Of a DNA stretch of 64,000 nucleotides, positions 35,282 to 44,052 are shown piece by piece (within the stretch, counting starts at the first letter, position 1; each line of letters opens with the position of its first letter). The notes under the pieces were generated by a model. That model did no database searches. It worked only from the letters and a program-made list of their open reading frames with translations, and had not been told where the DNA came from. Position numbers and translations under genes: made by a program. Location: positions 9,686 through 73,685 of the forward strand of contig JAFTYM010000025.1 of NCBI GenBank assembly GCA_017461585.1. Reading direction: 5' to 3'. Source of the DNA: Oscillospiraceae bacterium. Its GTDB lineage: Bacteria > Bacillota > Clostridia > Oscillospirales > Oscillospiraceae.

Positions 35282-35310
35282 TTGACATAGAGCTTTAATG
35301 GGATTATACT
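35282..35310 (+). promoter_or_regulatory. Sigma-A-type promoter for the MFS gene
   Basis: TTGACA (35282-35287), a 17-nt spacer, then TATACT (35305-35310). Confidence 0.5.
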
Positions 35311-35373
35311 AGATGTTAGTCTTTTACCGTCTAATGGCGGCACAATTATGTTTTAGAAAGAAGAGGAAAGTAA

Positions 35374-36594
35374 ATGAAAAAGGAAAAACCCATAGTACCT
35401 ATAGTAGCTGCTCTTGTTGTTCAGCTTTGCGTTGGTATTATCTATCTTTGGAGTGTTTTTAAAGGTAATATTGTAACATCTTTTGGCTGCAGTGCTTCTG
35501 CAGCAGGTATGGTATCCTCTTACATGATGTTCGCATTTGTATTTGGTAACCTTATCGGCGGTTTCTTAAATGATAAGAAGGGTCCAAAACTCACTTGCTT
35601 TGCAGGTATTGTTCTGTTTGCTCTTGGTGTTGGTCTTACTTCTCTTGTTAAGTCCGAGAGCTTTGGCCTTATTTATGTTACATATGCTGTGCTTGGTGGT
35701 CTTGGCTCCGGCTTTGCTTACGGTGCATGTATTTCCTGTATCCAGAAGTGGCTGCCCCACAGACGTGGTCTCGCATCCGGTCTTGCATGCGGTGCCTTTG
35801 GTTTCTCCACAGTTGTTTTCACACCTGTTTCCAATGCTCTGATGAACGCATTTACAGAGAACGGTGTTGTTAACTTCACACCGGTATTCCTTATCCTTGC
35901 TATCGTATTTGCTGTCGTCGGACTTATTGCTGCATTCTTCATCAAGCTTCCTTCTGAGAACTATATCAAGTCTCTGAATCTCCCTGCTAAGGCTGTTGCA
36001 AATACAATCAACTTCACACTTGTACAGGCAATGAAAAAGCCTGCATTCTGGTGCCTGTTCTTCTCCATTTTCTTTATCAATGGTACGTGGAACCTTGCTG
36101 TTCCCATGATCAAGGATCTCGGTGTAACACGTGGTCTTTCAGAAGCTGCTGCAGTTCTCTGTGTAACTTGCACAGGTATTGCAAACGCAGGCGGTCGTAT
36201 AATCATGTCCACACTCAGCGACAAGCTTGGCCGTACAAATACAATGTATATCCTTTGCGGCATGACATGCCTTGGTGCTATTCTCACAACATTCATCACA
36301 GGTTACGGCTACTTTGTTGCTATCCTCATTATTGCATTCGCATTCGGCGGTCCTTCTTCTCTGAACGCAGCTCTCTGCACAGACCTCTTTGGACCTAAGA
36401 ACTCCGGTACAAACTACGGTGTAGCGATGCTGGCTCTGGGTCTCAGCTCCATCTTCTTTAACTGGGTATCCGGAACATTCCTCCATGGTAATGTAACATC
36501 TACATTCATCATGGGTGCAATCACAGCTGTAATTCCCGTATTCCTCATGATCTATATCAACAATTATCTCAAGAAGAGAGCAACTGCTGAATAA
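35374..36594 (+). CDS. MFS transporter (oxalate/formate antiporter-like)
   Basis: 406 aa with about 12 hydrophobic segments. The composition and loops are OFA-like (GGFLNDKKGPK). Confidence 0.8.
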   Translation: MKKEKPIVPIVAALVVQLCVGIIYLWSVFKGNIVTSFGCSASAAGMVSSYMMFAFVFGNLIGGFLNDKKGPKLTCFAGIVLFALGVGLTSLVKSESFGLIYVTYAVLGGLGSGFAYGACISCIQKWLPHRRGLASGLACGAFGFSTVVFTPVSNALMNAFTENGVVNFTPVFLILAIVFAVVGLIAAFFIKLPSENYIKSLNLPAKAVANTINFTLVQAMKKPAFWCLFFSIFFINGTWNLAVPMIKDLGVTRGLSEAAAVLCVTCTGIANAGGRIIMSTLSDKLGRTNTMYILCGMTCLGAILTTFITGYGYFVAILIIAFAFGGPSSLNAALCTDLFGPKNSGTNYGVAMLALGLSSIFFNWVSGTFLHGNVTSTFIMGAITAVIPVFLMIYINNYLKKRATAE

Positions 36595-36610
36595 ACCCGA
36601 TTTAAAGTCA

Positions 36611-36644
36611 ACACACCGCATCTGTTGATGCGGTGTGTTTTTTT
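36611..36644 (+). terminator. Rho-independent terminator after the MFS gene
   Basis: ACACACCGCATC-tgtt-GATGCGGTGTGT followed by TTTTTT. Confidence 0.8.
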
Positions 36645-36736
36645 ACACATTTTCAAAATGTGTTGCTCAGTAGTTGCACAATGTATGGCTTTCATTGTAT
36701 TATAATTAAAAGTACAAAATTGAGAGGAGCGTTAAC

Positions 36737-39151
36737 ATGTATACTTTTGGCCCTATAACAGATAGAGTAGAACGTATTAGAGATCGATACAGAAATACCA
36801 CACCGCGTTTTTCAAGTGAGAGACCTCGCATTATTACTGAGTTTTATAAAACTCATGAGACAGAGCAAAGTCAGCTGAAGCGCGCAAAGTGCATGCTTGA
36901 AGTTTGCAGTAAGATGACAGTTTGGGTCGGCGATGATGATCTTATCGTTGGTAATATGACTCCTGATTTTCATGGAGCAACTTTAAACCCCGAATTCGGC
37001 GGCGTAAGATGGCTTGTTGAGGAACTTGAGTCCGGTCAGTATTATAAGCGAGAGGCTTATGAAGAGTATAATGAAATATCCGATGAGGATGCAGCGTACA
37101 TTTGCTCTATTGCTGAATACTGGGACACCCACTCTCTGGCTGCTCATTGTGATGCGATGATTCCGGATGAGTTTTATCCCGTTGAGTCCGCAAAAATCAT
37201 ACCTTTCCAGCGCACAGGTACAGGCGGTAATCCTATTGGTCATTTTTCTGCAAATTATTCTGTTGCAATTGATAAGGGCTTTGCGGCAGTTAAAGCTGAA
37301 GCCAAGGCAAAACTTGATGCAATGAACGGCAACCTCATGGATGGCGATGCTCAGAAACATCTGTTTTATCGCTCTATCATGATTTATTGTGACGCTGTAA
37401 TTACTCTTGCAAAGCGCTATGCTGCAGAGTGTGAGCGTATGTCTGAAATGGACAAATATACAGAAGAGCGCCGTGCTGAACTTAAGATGATGGCGGAGTC
37501 TCTTAACCATATTGTTGAGTATCCTGCACGTAACTTCTGGGAAGCAGTACAGGCGGCATATATCTATCATCTTACTCTTTGCTTTGAAGGTCAACTGCAT
37601 GGTCTTACATTTGGCAGATTTGACCAGTACACAGGTGAATATCTCAAGCGCGAGCTTGAAGCAGGCACCATTACACTTGACAGAGCCCAGGAAATTGTTG
37701 ATTGCTTTTTCCTTAAAATTTCTGAGGCTGTTGTATCAAAAACAACTGCAGCTGCTATCAACTCAGGCGGATATTCTTCAGGTCAGCACATGTCTCTGGG
37801 CGGTGTAAAGCCTGACGGAACAGATGCGACTAACGAAGTATCTTTCCTTATGCTTAACGCTATGGCGCGCTTACAGCTTCATGAACCGCCCCTGTCCTTA
37901 AGAATTCATCAGAATACACCTGTAGAGCTTTGGGATGCTGCGATTGAGTGCACAAAGATAGTCGGCGGTATTCCAACTCTTCAGAATGACGATGTAATTA
38001 TTCCCACACTTCTTGAACGTGGATTTACTATCGAAGACGCAAGAGACTACTGTATTATCGGTTGTGTTGAGCCTGCAGGTGCGGGTAATGACTTCCCGTG
38101 CTGCGGCGGTCTCGGAAGAGCTACATATCTCAATATGGGAAATCTTATCTGCCTGCTTATCAACGGCGGTATCAATAAGCTGACTGGTGAGGATACCGGT
38201 TTCTCCACAGGTTATCTTTATGACTACAAGACCTTTGATGAGGTTATGGATGCTTATAAAAAGCATGTTGAGCACTACGTGCATTGGCATGTTTCCATGT
38301 CCAACCTGTTCTGGCTCAAGTATCGTGAAATGATGCCTATTCCTGCACTTTCAGCAACCATGACAGGCTGTATGGAGTCCGGCAAGGATGTCATGTACGG
38401 TGGTGCAAAATATAATTCCAGCGGTTCTTCAGGTGTTGGCTGTGCAAACGTAGCTGACAGCCTGGCTGTTATCAAGTATATGTGCTTTGATAATGACTAC
38501 TGCACCACACGTGAACTGTATGATGCTCTTATGGCAGATTGGGAAGGCTATGAGCCTTTGCGTCAGAGAATTCTGAACGAAGTTCCCAGATACGGTAACG
38601 ACATTAAGTATGTTGATGATATTGCAGCAGAAGCTATGGAGATTTTTGCTGCAGAATTCCTTAAGTGTACAAATGACCGTGGTACTGTATGGCAGGCAGG
38701 TATTTATCCTGTTTCCACCCACATTGTAAACGGTAAGAGATGTTGGGCAACTCCTGATGGCAGAAAAGCAATGGAGCCTTTGGCAGAGGGCGTATCTCCC
38801 AAGCAGGGACTTGATAAAAACGGTCCTGCAGCGGTTCTTAAGTCTGTAACAGCCATTAATCACTCCACATACAGAAACGGTACACTTCTTAACATGAAGT
38901 TCCATCCTGCAACTGTACAGGGAGATGAGGGCAACATGAAGCTTCGCAACCTAGTTCAGACCTTCTTTGCTCTTGGCGGTATGCATATTCAGTATAACGT
39001 TGTAGGCGGAGATCAGCTTCGTGCTGCACAGAAAGATCCAGATTCCAACCGAAACCTTGTTATCCGTATTGCAGGCTTTTCTGCTTACTTTGTTGAGCTT
39101 GACAAGTCCCTGCAGGACGACCTTATTTCAAGAACAGATCAGTTGGCATAA
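36737..39151 (+). CDS. Glycyl radical enzyme (PFL2 / dehydratase-eliminase-like class), substrate unknown
   Basis: C-terminal glycyl-radical motif VIRIAGFSAYF (Gly codon 39074-39076). Cys loop IIGCVEPAG (Cys codon 38063-38065). 804 aa. Confidence 0.9.
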   Translation: MYTFGPITDRVERIRDRYRNTTPRFSSERPRIITEFYKTHETEQSQLKRAKCMLEVCSKMTVWVGDDDLIVGNMTPDFHGATLNPEFGGVRWLVEELESGQYYKREAYEEYNEISDEDAAYICSIAEYWDTHSLAAHCDAMIPDEFYPVESAKIIPFQRTGTGGNPIGHFSANYSVAIDKGFAAVKAEAKAKLDAMNGNLMDGDAQKHLFYRSIMIYCDAVITLAKRYAAECERMSEMDKYTEERRAELKMMAESLNHIVEYPARNFWEAVQAAYIYHLTLCFEGQLHGLTFGRFDQYTGEYLKRELEAGTITLDRAQEIVDCFFLKISEAVVSKTTAAAINSGGYSSGQHMSLGGVKPDGTDATNEVSFLMLNAMARLQLHEPPLSLRIHQNTPVELWDAAIECTKIVGGIPTLQNDDVIIPTLLERGFTIEDARDYCIIGCVEPAGAGNDFPCCGGLGRATYLNMGNLICLLINGGINKLTGEDTGFSTGYLYDYKTFDEVMDAYKKHVEHYVHWHVSMSNLFWLKYREMMPIPALSATMTGCMESGKDVMYGGAKYNSSGSSGVGCANVADSLAVIKYMCFDNDYCTTRELYDALMADWEGYEPLRQRILNEVPRYGNDIKYVDDIAAEAMEIFAAEFLKCTNDRGTVWQAGIYPVSTHIVNGKRCWATPDGRKAMEPLAEGVSPKQGLDKNGPAAVLKSVTAINHSTYRNGTLLNMKFHPATVQGDEGNMKLRNLVQTFFALGGMHIQYNVVGGDQLRAAQKDPDSNRNLVIRIAGFSAYFVELDKSLQDDLISRTDQLA

Positions 39152-39172
39152 ACTATAAAGGAGAGTTTTGTT

Positions 39173-39463
39173 ATGGTAAAACACATGGTGGCTTTTAAGC
39201 TGAAAGATCCTACAAGAGAGAATATTGATATTGTGAAGAGCCTTATTATGACAATGCAGGACAATATTGATGTTGTTCGCAACATGCGTGTCGAGGAAGA
39301 TTTTCTCCGTGCTCCCGAGTCTTTTGATCTTATGCTGTTTGCTGAGTTTGATAACAGGGAAGACCTGATGACTTATGCTATGCATCCTTATCATCTGGAA
39401 TTTGTTGGTGCAAAGTGTGTTCCTTATGTAAGCGCTGTACACCCCTTCGATTACGAAGTATAA
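39173..39463 (+). CDS. Dabb (stress-responsive alpha/beta-barrel) domain protein
   Basis: MVKHMVAFKLKD...MTYAMHPYHLEFV is typical of the Dabb family. It lies 21 nt downstream of the GRE. Confidence 0.7.
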   Translation: MVKHMVAFKLKDPTRENIDIVKSLIMTMQDNIDVVRNMRVEEDFLRAPESFDLMLFAEFDNREDLMTYAMHPYHLEFVGAKCVPYVSAVHPFDYEV

Positions 39464-39474
39464 GATTTATTAAG

Positions 39475-39503
39475 AAAAGCCTGTCATTTCAGACAGGCTT
39501 TTT
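39475..39503. terminator. Bidirectional terminator between the Dabb gene and def
   Basis: AAAAGCCTGTC-atttca-GACAGGCTTTT. Confidence 0.75.
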
Positions 39504-39504
39504 C

Positions 39505-39915
39505 TTATATAAGTATTCCGTTGCAGTGGTCTATCTCATGCTGAATTATCTGTGCTGTCCAGCCCGTATATGTTTTAAGACGAGTCTGAAATGCTTCGTT
39601 CTGATACTGCACTTTTATACTTTTGTAGCGCTTTGTTTTGCGTGAACCGGTAAGGGAAAGACAGCCTTCTTCTGCTTCAAAGACTCCGGAAAATTTGATG
39701 ATCTCTGGGTTGAACATTACAGTTGCCTTGCCGTTATCGTCAAATATTATAACGCGTTTTAAAACACCTATCATATTTGCTGCCATGCCAACACAACCGG
39801 CTTTATTCGCTTCAAGCGTGTCACGGAGATCTTGAGCGATCTCAAGGTCGTCTTTTGTTGCAGGCACAGATTTTTGTGCTAAAAATATAGGGTCTTTCAT
39901 TATTGGTTTTATCAT
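39505..39915 (-). CDS. def: Peptide deformylase
   Basis: Motifs GCVGMAANMIG, EGCLS and HEIDHCNG. Confidence 0.85.
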   Translation of the reverse strand: MIKPIMKDPIFLAQKSVPATKDDLEIAQDLRDTLEANKAGCVGMAANMIGVLKRVIIFDDNGKATVMFNPEIIKFSGVFEAEEGCLSLTGSRKTKRYKSIKVQYQNEAFQTRLKTYTGWTAQIIQHEIDHCNGILI

Positions 39916-39965
39916 ATACGCTACCTCATTCTTTTTTGTAATTATACTGCGTGACTACGATCTTG

Positions 39966-40205
39966 TCAAAAACGGCGTTCTGCAAACCAACGACCTTCCT
40001 CGAGATATAAAAATGTTTCATGCCTGCCTATGCGTACAGTATATCGAATGCCCGAGCCACCTGCTTTTAAACTGGCGGCTCTGCGAACATCCAATATTTT
40101 ATCTATCTCAAATATTCTGCCGTCTTCCCAAAGGATAGAACGGGGGAGAAGTCTTCCGTCTGCTTCAAACATGGCGTTAACACCGACGTATACTTTAGTG
40201 TTCAT
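39966..40205 (-). CDS. Small hypothetical protein co-transcribed with the Y-family polymerase
   Basis: 79 aa. Its start overlaps the polymerase stop by 4 nt. No motif recognised. Confidence 0.5.
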   Translation of the reverse strand: MNTKVYVGVNAMFEADGRLLPRSILWEDGRIFEIDKILDVRRAASLKAGGSGIRYTVRIGRHETFLYLEEGRWFAERRF

Positions 40206-41458
40206 CTGCTGTACTCCTTAAAAAATCCGACGGGGTATGATACATGTTCGCCTCTGGCGTCTATTTTTCCCAATGTATCATCCAAATGTGTGATTGTTCT
40301 CATAATGCTGTAGTGACCGAATCTGCGCCTGATATCGTCAATGGCGATTTCCAGCTTTTCACGTTTTATGCGTCTGTGCTCGTCAGCAAAAATGGAAATC
40401 TGTGATGGGGTGTTTTCGGGACATAAATCGGAAACTCCGACGGTAATGGAACGAAGAGGTACTGAAAAGCACCAGCTCTGACGTAAAAGCTCGGTAGAAG
40501 TCTCCAAAATTTCGGTAGATACAGATGTTGGTCTATCAAGTTTAAGTTGCTTTTGAAAATAATTAAGCGAGGTATCTCTGTAGTTTATATACACTACTCC
40601 GGCTGCAAAGCCATGTTCGCGAAGTCTCTCGGCGACACTTTCTGAAAGCATCATAAGTATTATACGGGCATCTTGCATATCTACCATATCTCGCGGTGGG
40701 GTGGTACCGTTGCTTATACTTTTTATGATACTTGATTCACCATGAAGTGCAACAGGGGTTCTGTCGTAACCGTTGGCAAAGCTATAGAGAACAGTGCCCA
40801 TTTGTCCTAATTGCTTTCTGAGTACATCTTCTTTTGTCGTTGCGAGTTCTCCGATAGTGGTAATACCGAGTTCTGACAGTTTATGCCGTGTTGCTCGTCC
40901 TACATATAAAAGATCTCCGACAGGAAGCGGCCATACTTTTTCGCGGTAGTTATCACGGGTTATAGCAGTTACAGCATCAGGCTTTTTCATATCAGAGCCT
41001 AACTTTGCGAAAATTTTGTTGTAAGATGTGCCGATGGAAACTGTTACACCAAGCTCAAATTTGATTCGCTGACGGATTTCTTCTGCTATGGCACTACCGT
41101 CACCAAAGGCTTTGGGGTTGCCTGTAACGTCTAAAAACGCTTCGTCTAATCCAAAGGGCTCCACACGGTCAGTATAATCGGAATATATTTCACGTGAGAG
41201 TTTTGAGAAACGAACATATCTGTCATAATTTGGTGTGAGAGTTATAAGGTCGGGGCATTTTTGTTTTGTCTGCCAGATTGCTTCGCCTGTTTTTACACCA
41301 CAGCGTTTTGCTTCTATTGTGGATGCCAATACTATGCCGTGGCGCTCCTCAATACTGCCGCATACAGAAACCGGTTTTCCGCGAAGTTCCGGACGATAGA
41401 GGCATTCAACATTTGCAAAACAGCTGTTTATGTCTGAGTGAAGAATGATTCTGTCCAT
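40202..41458 (-). CDS. Y-family DNA polymerase (UmuC/UvrX/DinB-like)
   Basis: N-terminal ILHSDINSCFANVEC, GLDEAFLDVTG and a little-finger-type C-terminus. Confidence 0.85.
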   Translation of the reverse strand: MDRIILHSDINSCFANVECLYRPELRGKPVSVCGSIEERHGIVLASTIEAKRCGVKTGEAIWQTKQKCPDLITLTPNYDRYVRFSKLSREIYSDYTDRVEPFGLDEAFLDVTGNPKAFGDGSAIAEEIRQRIKFELGVTVSIGTSYNKIFAKLGSDMKKPDAVTAITRDNYREKVWPLPVGDLLYVGRATRHKLSELGITTIGELATTKEDVLRKQLGQMGTVLYSFANGYDRTPVALHGESSIIKSISNGTTPPRDMVDMQDARIILMMLSESVAERLREHGFAAGVVYINYRDTSLNYFQKQLKLDRPTSVSTEILETSTELLRQSWCFSVPLRSITVGVSDLCPENTPSQISIFADEHRRIKREKLEIAIDDIRRRFGHYSIMRTITHLDDTLGKIDARGEHVSYPVGFFKEYSR

Positions 41459-41473
41459 GCTGATATCTCCTGT

Positions 41474-41535
41474 TTGGATAATTAATTATATTATACATCG
41501 CTTGAAAGGATAAGTAAATAGAAAATGTTATCCAA
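41474..41535. promoter_or_regulatory. Candidate operator half-sites in the divergent promoter region
   Basis: TTGGATAA (41474-41481) is the inverted repeat of TTATCCAA (41528-41535). GGATAA-N14-TTATCC lies at 41508-41533. These overlap a TATAAT on the minus strand. Confidence 0.35.
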
Positions 41536-41549
41536 ATAAGATAAAAATG

Positions 41550-41578
41550 TTGAAATCTTTGTGCGTTCGAGATATAAT
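41550..41578 (+). promoter_or_regulatory. Sigma-A-type promoter of the HTH-S24 repressor gene
   Basis: TTGAAA, a 17-nt spacer, then TATAAT, about 40 nt upstream of the ATG at 41620. Confidence 0.55.
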
Positions 41579-41619
41579 ACTCGGTATATAAGATAAAACT
41601 TTCATGAAGGAGAGTTTCT

Positions 41620-42333
41620 ATGATATATGATATCGGAAATGTATTGTGCAGACTAAGAACTGAAAAGAAGATATCACAGAGAGAACTTGCGGCATTGCTT
41701 TGCGAAAAAGGAATAGAAGTTACAAATCAGGCTGTGAGTAAGTGGGAGAACGGTACTACCCAGCCAAGTGCTGTGCAGTTTATCGCGCTGTGTGATATAC
41801 TGGGGGTATACGATGTTGTAGGTGAGTTTTCGGGGAAAAAAGGCGGACTGCTGAAAGGATTGAACTGCAGCGGTCGTGAGATGGCGAAAGAATATATAAA
41901 CCTTCTGAAACTCAGCGATAAATACATAGAAGCTGAAGAAAAAATAATCCCCATAAGAAAGCTGCCGCTATATCACATTTCAGCATCAGCAGGAACAGGA
42001 CAATTTTTGGACAGCAGCAATTATGAGCTTACCGAAGTGGGGGCAGATGTTCCTGATAATGCAAATTTCGGTGTGCGCCTTGCGGGAGACAGTATGGAAC
42101 CTGTATATCATAACGGAGATATAGTCTGGGTAATGCAGGAGCAGGCTCTGAATCATGGAGAAGTAGGCATATTTTTATATGACGGTGATGTATACTGCAA
42201 GGAACTTGATTTGTCAGACGGTAAAGTCAAATTAAAATCGCTTAACAGAAATTATGATCCGATTTTAATTAAAGATGATGATAGTTTCAGAGTGTTTGGA
42301 AAAGTGGTTTCAAGATGGAATACGGAAATATAG
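41620..42333 (+). CDS. XRE-family HTH plus S24 (LexA/CI-like) self-cleaving repressor
   Basis: HTH segment ISQRELAALLCEKGIEVTNQAVSKWENG. S24 peptidase motifs ASAGTG, AGDSMEP and a downstream Lys (YCKEL). Confidence 0.8.
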   Translation: MIYDIGNVLCRLRTEKKISQRELAALLCEKGIEVTNQAVSKWENGTTQPSAVQFIALCDILGVYDVVGEFSGKKGGLLKGLNCSGREMAKEYINLLKLSDKYIEAEEKIIPIRKLPLYHISASAGTGQFLDSSNYELTEVGADVPDNANFGVRLAGDSMEPVYHNGDIVWVMQEQALNHGEVGIFLYDGDVYCKELDLSDGKVKLKSLNRNYDPILIKDDDSFRVFGKVVSRWNTEI

Positions 42334-42992
42334 TTCACGGGAAATTTGTTTCACGCCCTAATCGATTTATTGCCATGGTTGATGTGGATGGAGAACTTGT
42401 AAAATGCCACGTTAAAAATACAGGGCGATGCAAAGAATTGCTTGTTCCGGGAGCTGAAGTACTGCTTTATGAACCGAAGACAGAAAACAGAAAGACAAAA
42501 TATGATTTGGTGTCTGTCTACAAAGGGGAAAGACTCATAAATATGGATAGTCAGGCGCCGAATAAAATAGCCGGAGAATACCTTGAAAATGTATTGCCGG
42601 GATTGATAAGCCTAAAATCTGAAGTTACACACGGTGATTCCCGATTTGATTTTTATGCCGAGACAGAAGCTGGCGGTATGTTCATTGAGGTTAAAGGTGT
42701 AACGCTTGAAAAAGAAAATGTTGCCATGTTTCCTGATGCACCGACGGAACGGGGAGTAAAACACATAAACGGCCTTATACGCCTGCTTGACGAAGGCTAT
42801 CGTGCGATGATACTGTTTGTTGTGCAGATGTCAGATATAAAATATATGACTCCCAATATGGAGACTCATCCGAAGTTCGGAGAGACTCTTAAAAAGGCAT
42901 ACAATGCTGGGGTTGATGTACGGGCAATTGATTGTTATGTGTATGAGGGGAAAGTATTTCCGAAAGATGAAATACCTGTGATTTTGGAGTAA
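42315..42992 (+). CDS. sfsA: Sugar fermentation stimulation protein A
   Basis: GKFVSRPNRFIAMVDVDGELVKCHVKNTGRCKELL is a typical SfsA N-terminus. Confidence 0.85.
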   Translation: MEYGNIVHGKFVSRPNRFIAMVDVDGELVKCHVKNTGRCKELLVPGAEVLLYEPKTENRKTKYDLVSVYKGERLINMDSQAPNKIAGEYLENVLPGLISLKSEVTHGDSRFDFYAETEAGGMFIEVKGVTLEKENVAMFPDAPTERGVKHINGLIRLLDEGYRAMILFVVQMSDIKYMTPNMETHPKFGETLKKAYNAGVDVRAIDCYVYEGKVFPKDEIPVILE

Positions 42993-42995
42993 CAA

Positions 42996-43466
42996 ATGAC
43001 TAAAACAAATGTAATGCGCCTTCTTGAACAGGCGAAAATTGAATATACCGCTCTTGAATATGAGTTTGATGAAAACGACTTAGGGGGAGAACATGCCGCA
43101 GATTTTCTGGGACTTCCTTATGAGCAGGTTTTTAAGACGCTTGTAACAAGAGGTTCAAAAGGTGGAATATATGTTTTTTGCATACCTGTTGATATGGAGT
43201 TGGATTTGAAAAAAGCTGCTGTATGCGCAGGAGAAAAGAAAATTGAAATGATCCATGTGAAAGAATTACTTGGACTCACAGGATATATCCGCGGCGGTTG
43301 TTCACCGATAGGGATGAAAAAGAAATATCCCACATTTATTGATGAAACAGCTACACTTTTTGATATCATTTCGGTATCTGGAGGTCAGCGCGGTATTCAG
43401 ATAAGATTGTCACCGTTTGAACTGGCAGAGTATATTGAGGCACAGTTTTGCGATATTGGACACTAA
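42996..43466 (+). CDS. ybaK: Cys-tRNA(Pro)/Cys-tRNA(Cys) deacylase YbaK/EbsC
   Basis: TKTNVMRLLEQAKIEYT...GGCSPIGMKK matches the YbaK family pattern. Confidence 0.8.
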   Translation: MTKTNVMRLLEQAKIEYTALEYEFDENDLGGEHAADFLGLPYEQVFKTLVTRGSKGGIYVFCIPVDMELDLKKAAVCAGEKKIEMIHVKELLGLTGYIRGGCSPIGMKKKYPTFIDETATLFDIISVSGGQRGIQIRLSPFELAEYIEAQFCDIGH

Positions 43467-43477
43467 GGAGAATTTTT

Positions 43478-44041
43478 ATGCCGATTTTTGTTGACAGAAA
43501 CTTATATAAGGGCAGACCTGATAATATGCGCGAAGACAATGAAATGCGTTGTTATGATGTGCTGGACGAGTTGGGGATAGAGTATTATCGTGCGGATCAT
43601 GAACATGCCGATACGATCGAGGATTGCCATGTAATTGAAGAAGTATTAGGACATGGTATATGTAAGAATCTTTTTCTTACAAACAGACAAAAAACAGAGT
43701 TTTATCTTTTGCTTATGCCGGGGGATAAACCATTTAAGACAAAGTTTCTTTCAAAACAGCTGGGAACAGCGCGTCTCTCTTTTGCTGATGCAGATGCGAT
43801 GGGACAGCTTCTTAATGTACAGCCTGGTTCTGTGAGCGTTCTTGGTATTTTAAATGATAATGAAAAGAAAGTTCATTTGGTAATGGATCGGGAAGTTTAC
43901 GAGGATGAGTATATATGCTGCCATCCGTGCAGAAACACATCTACATTAAAAATCGCGGTAAAAGATATTATTGAGAAGGTTGTACCGTATTCCGGACATG
44001 ATATTACAGTTGTTGAACTTGCGTGGGAAATTGAAGAGTAA
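43478..44041 (+). CDS. YbaK/ProX-type aminoacyl-tRNA editing domain protein
   Basis: ATG at 43478 follows AAGGAG. KNLFLTNRQKTEFYLLLMPGDK...PGSVSVLG is typical of a prolyl-tRNA-synthetase-associated editing domain. Confidence 0.65.
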   Translation: MPIFVDRNLYKGRPDNMREDNEMRCYDVLDELGIEYYRADHEHADTIEDCHVIEEVLGHGICKNLFLTNRQKTEFYLLLMPGDKPFKTKFLSKQLGTARLSFADADAMGQLLNVQPGSVSVLGILNDNEKKVHLVMDREVYEDEYICCHPCRNTSTLKIAVKDIIEKVVPYSGHDITVVELAWEIEE

Positions 44042-44052
44042 GGAGATAAACG

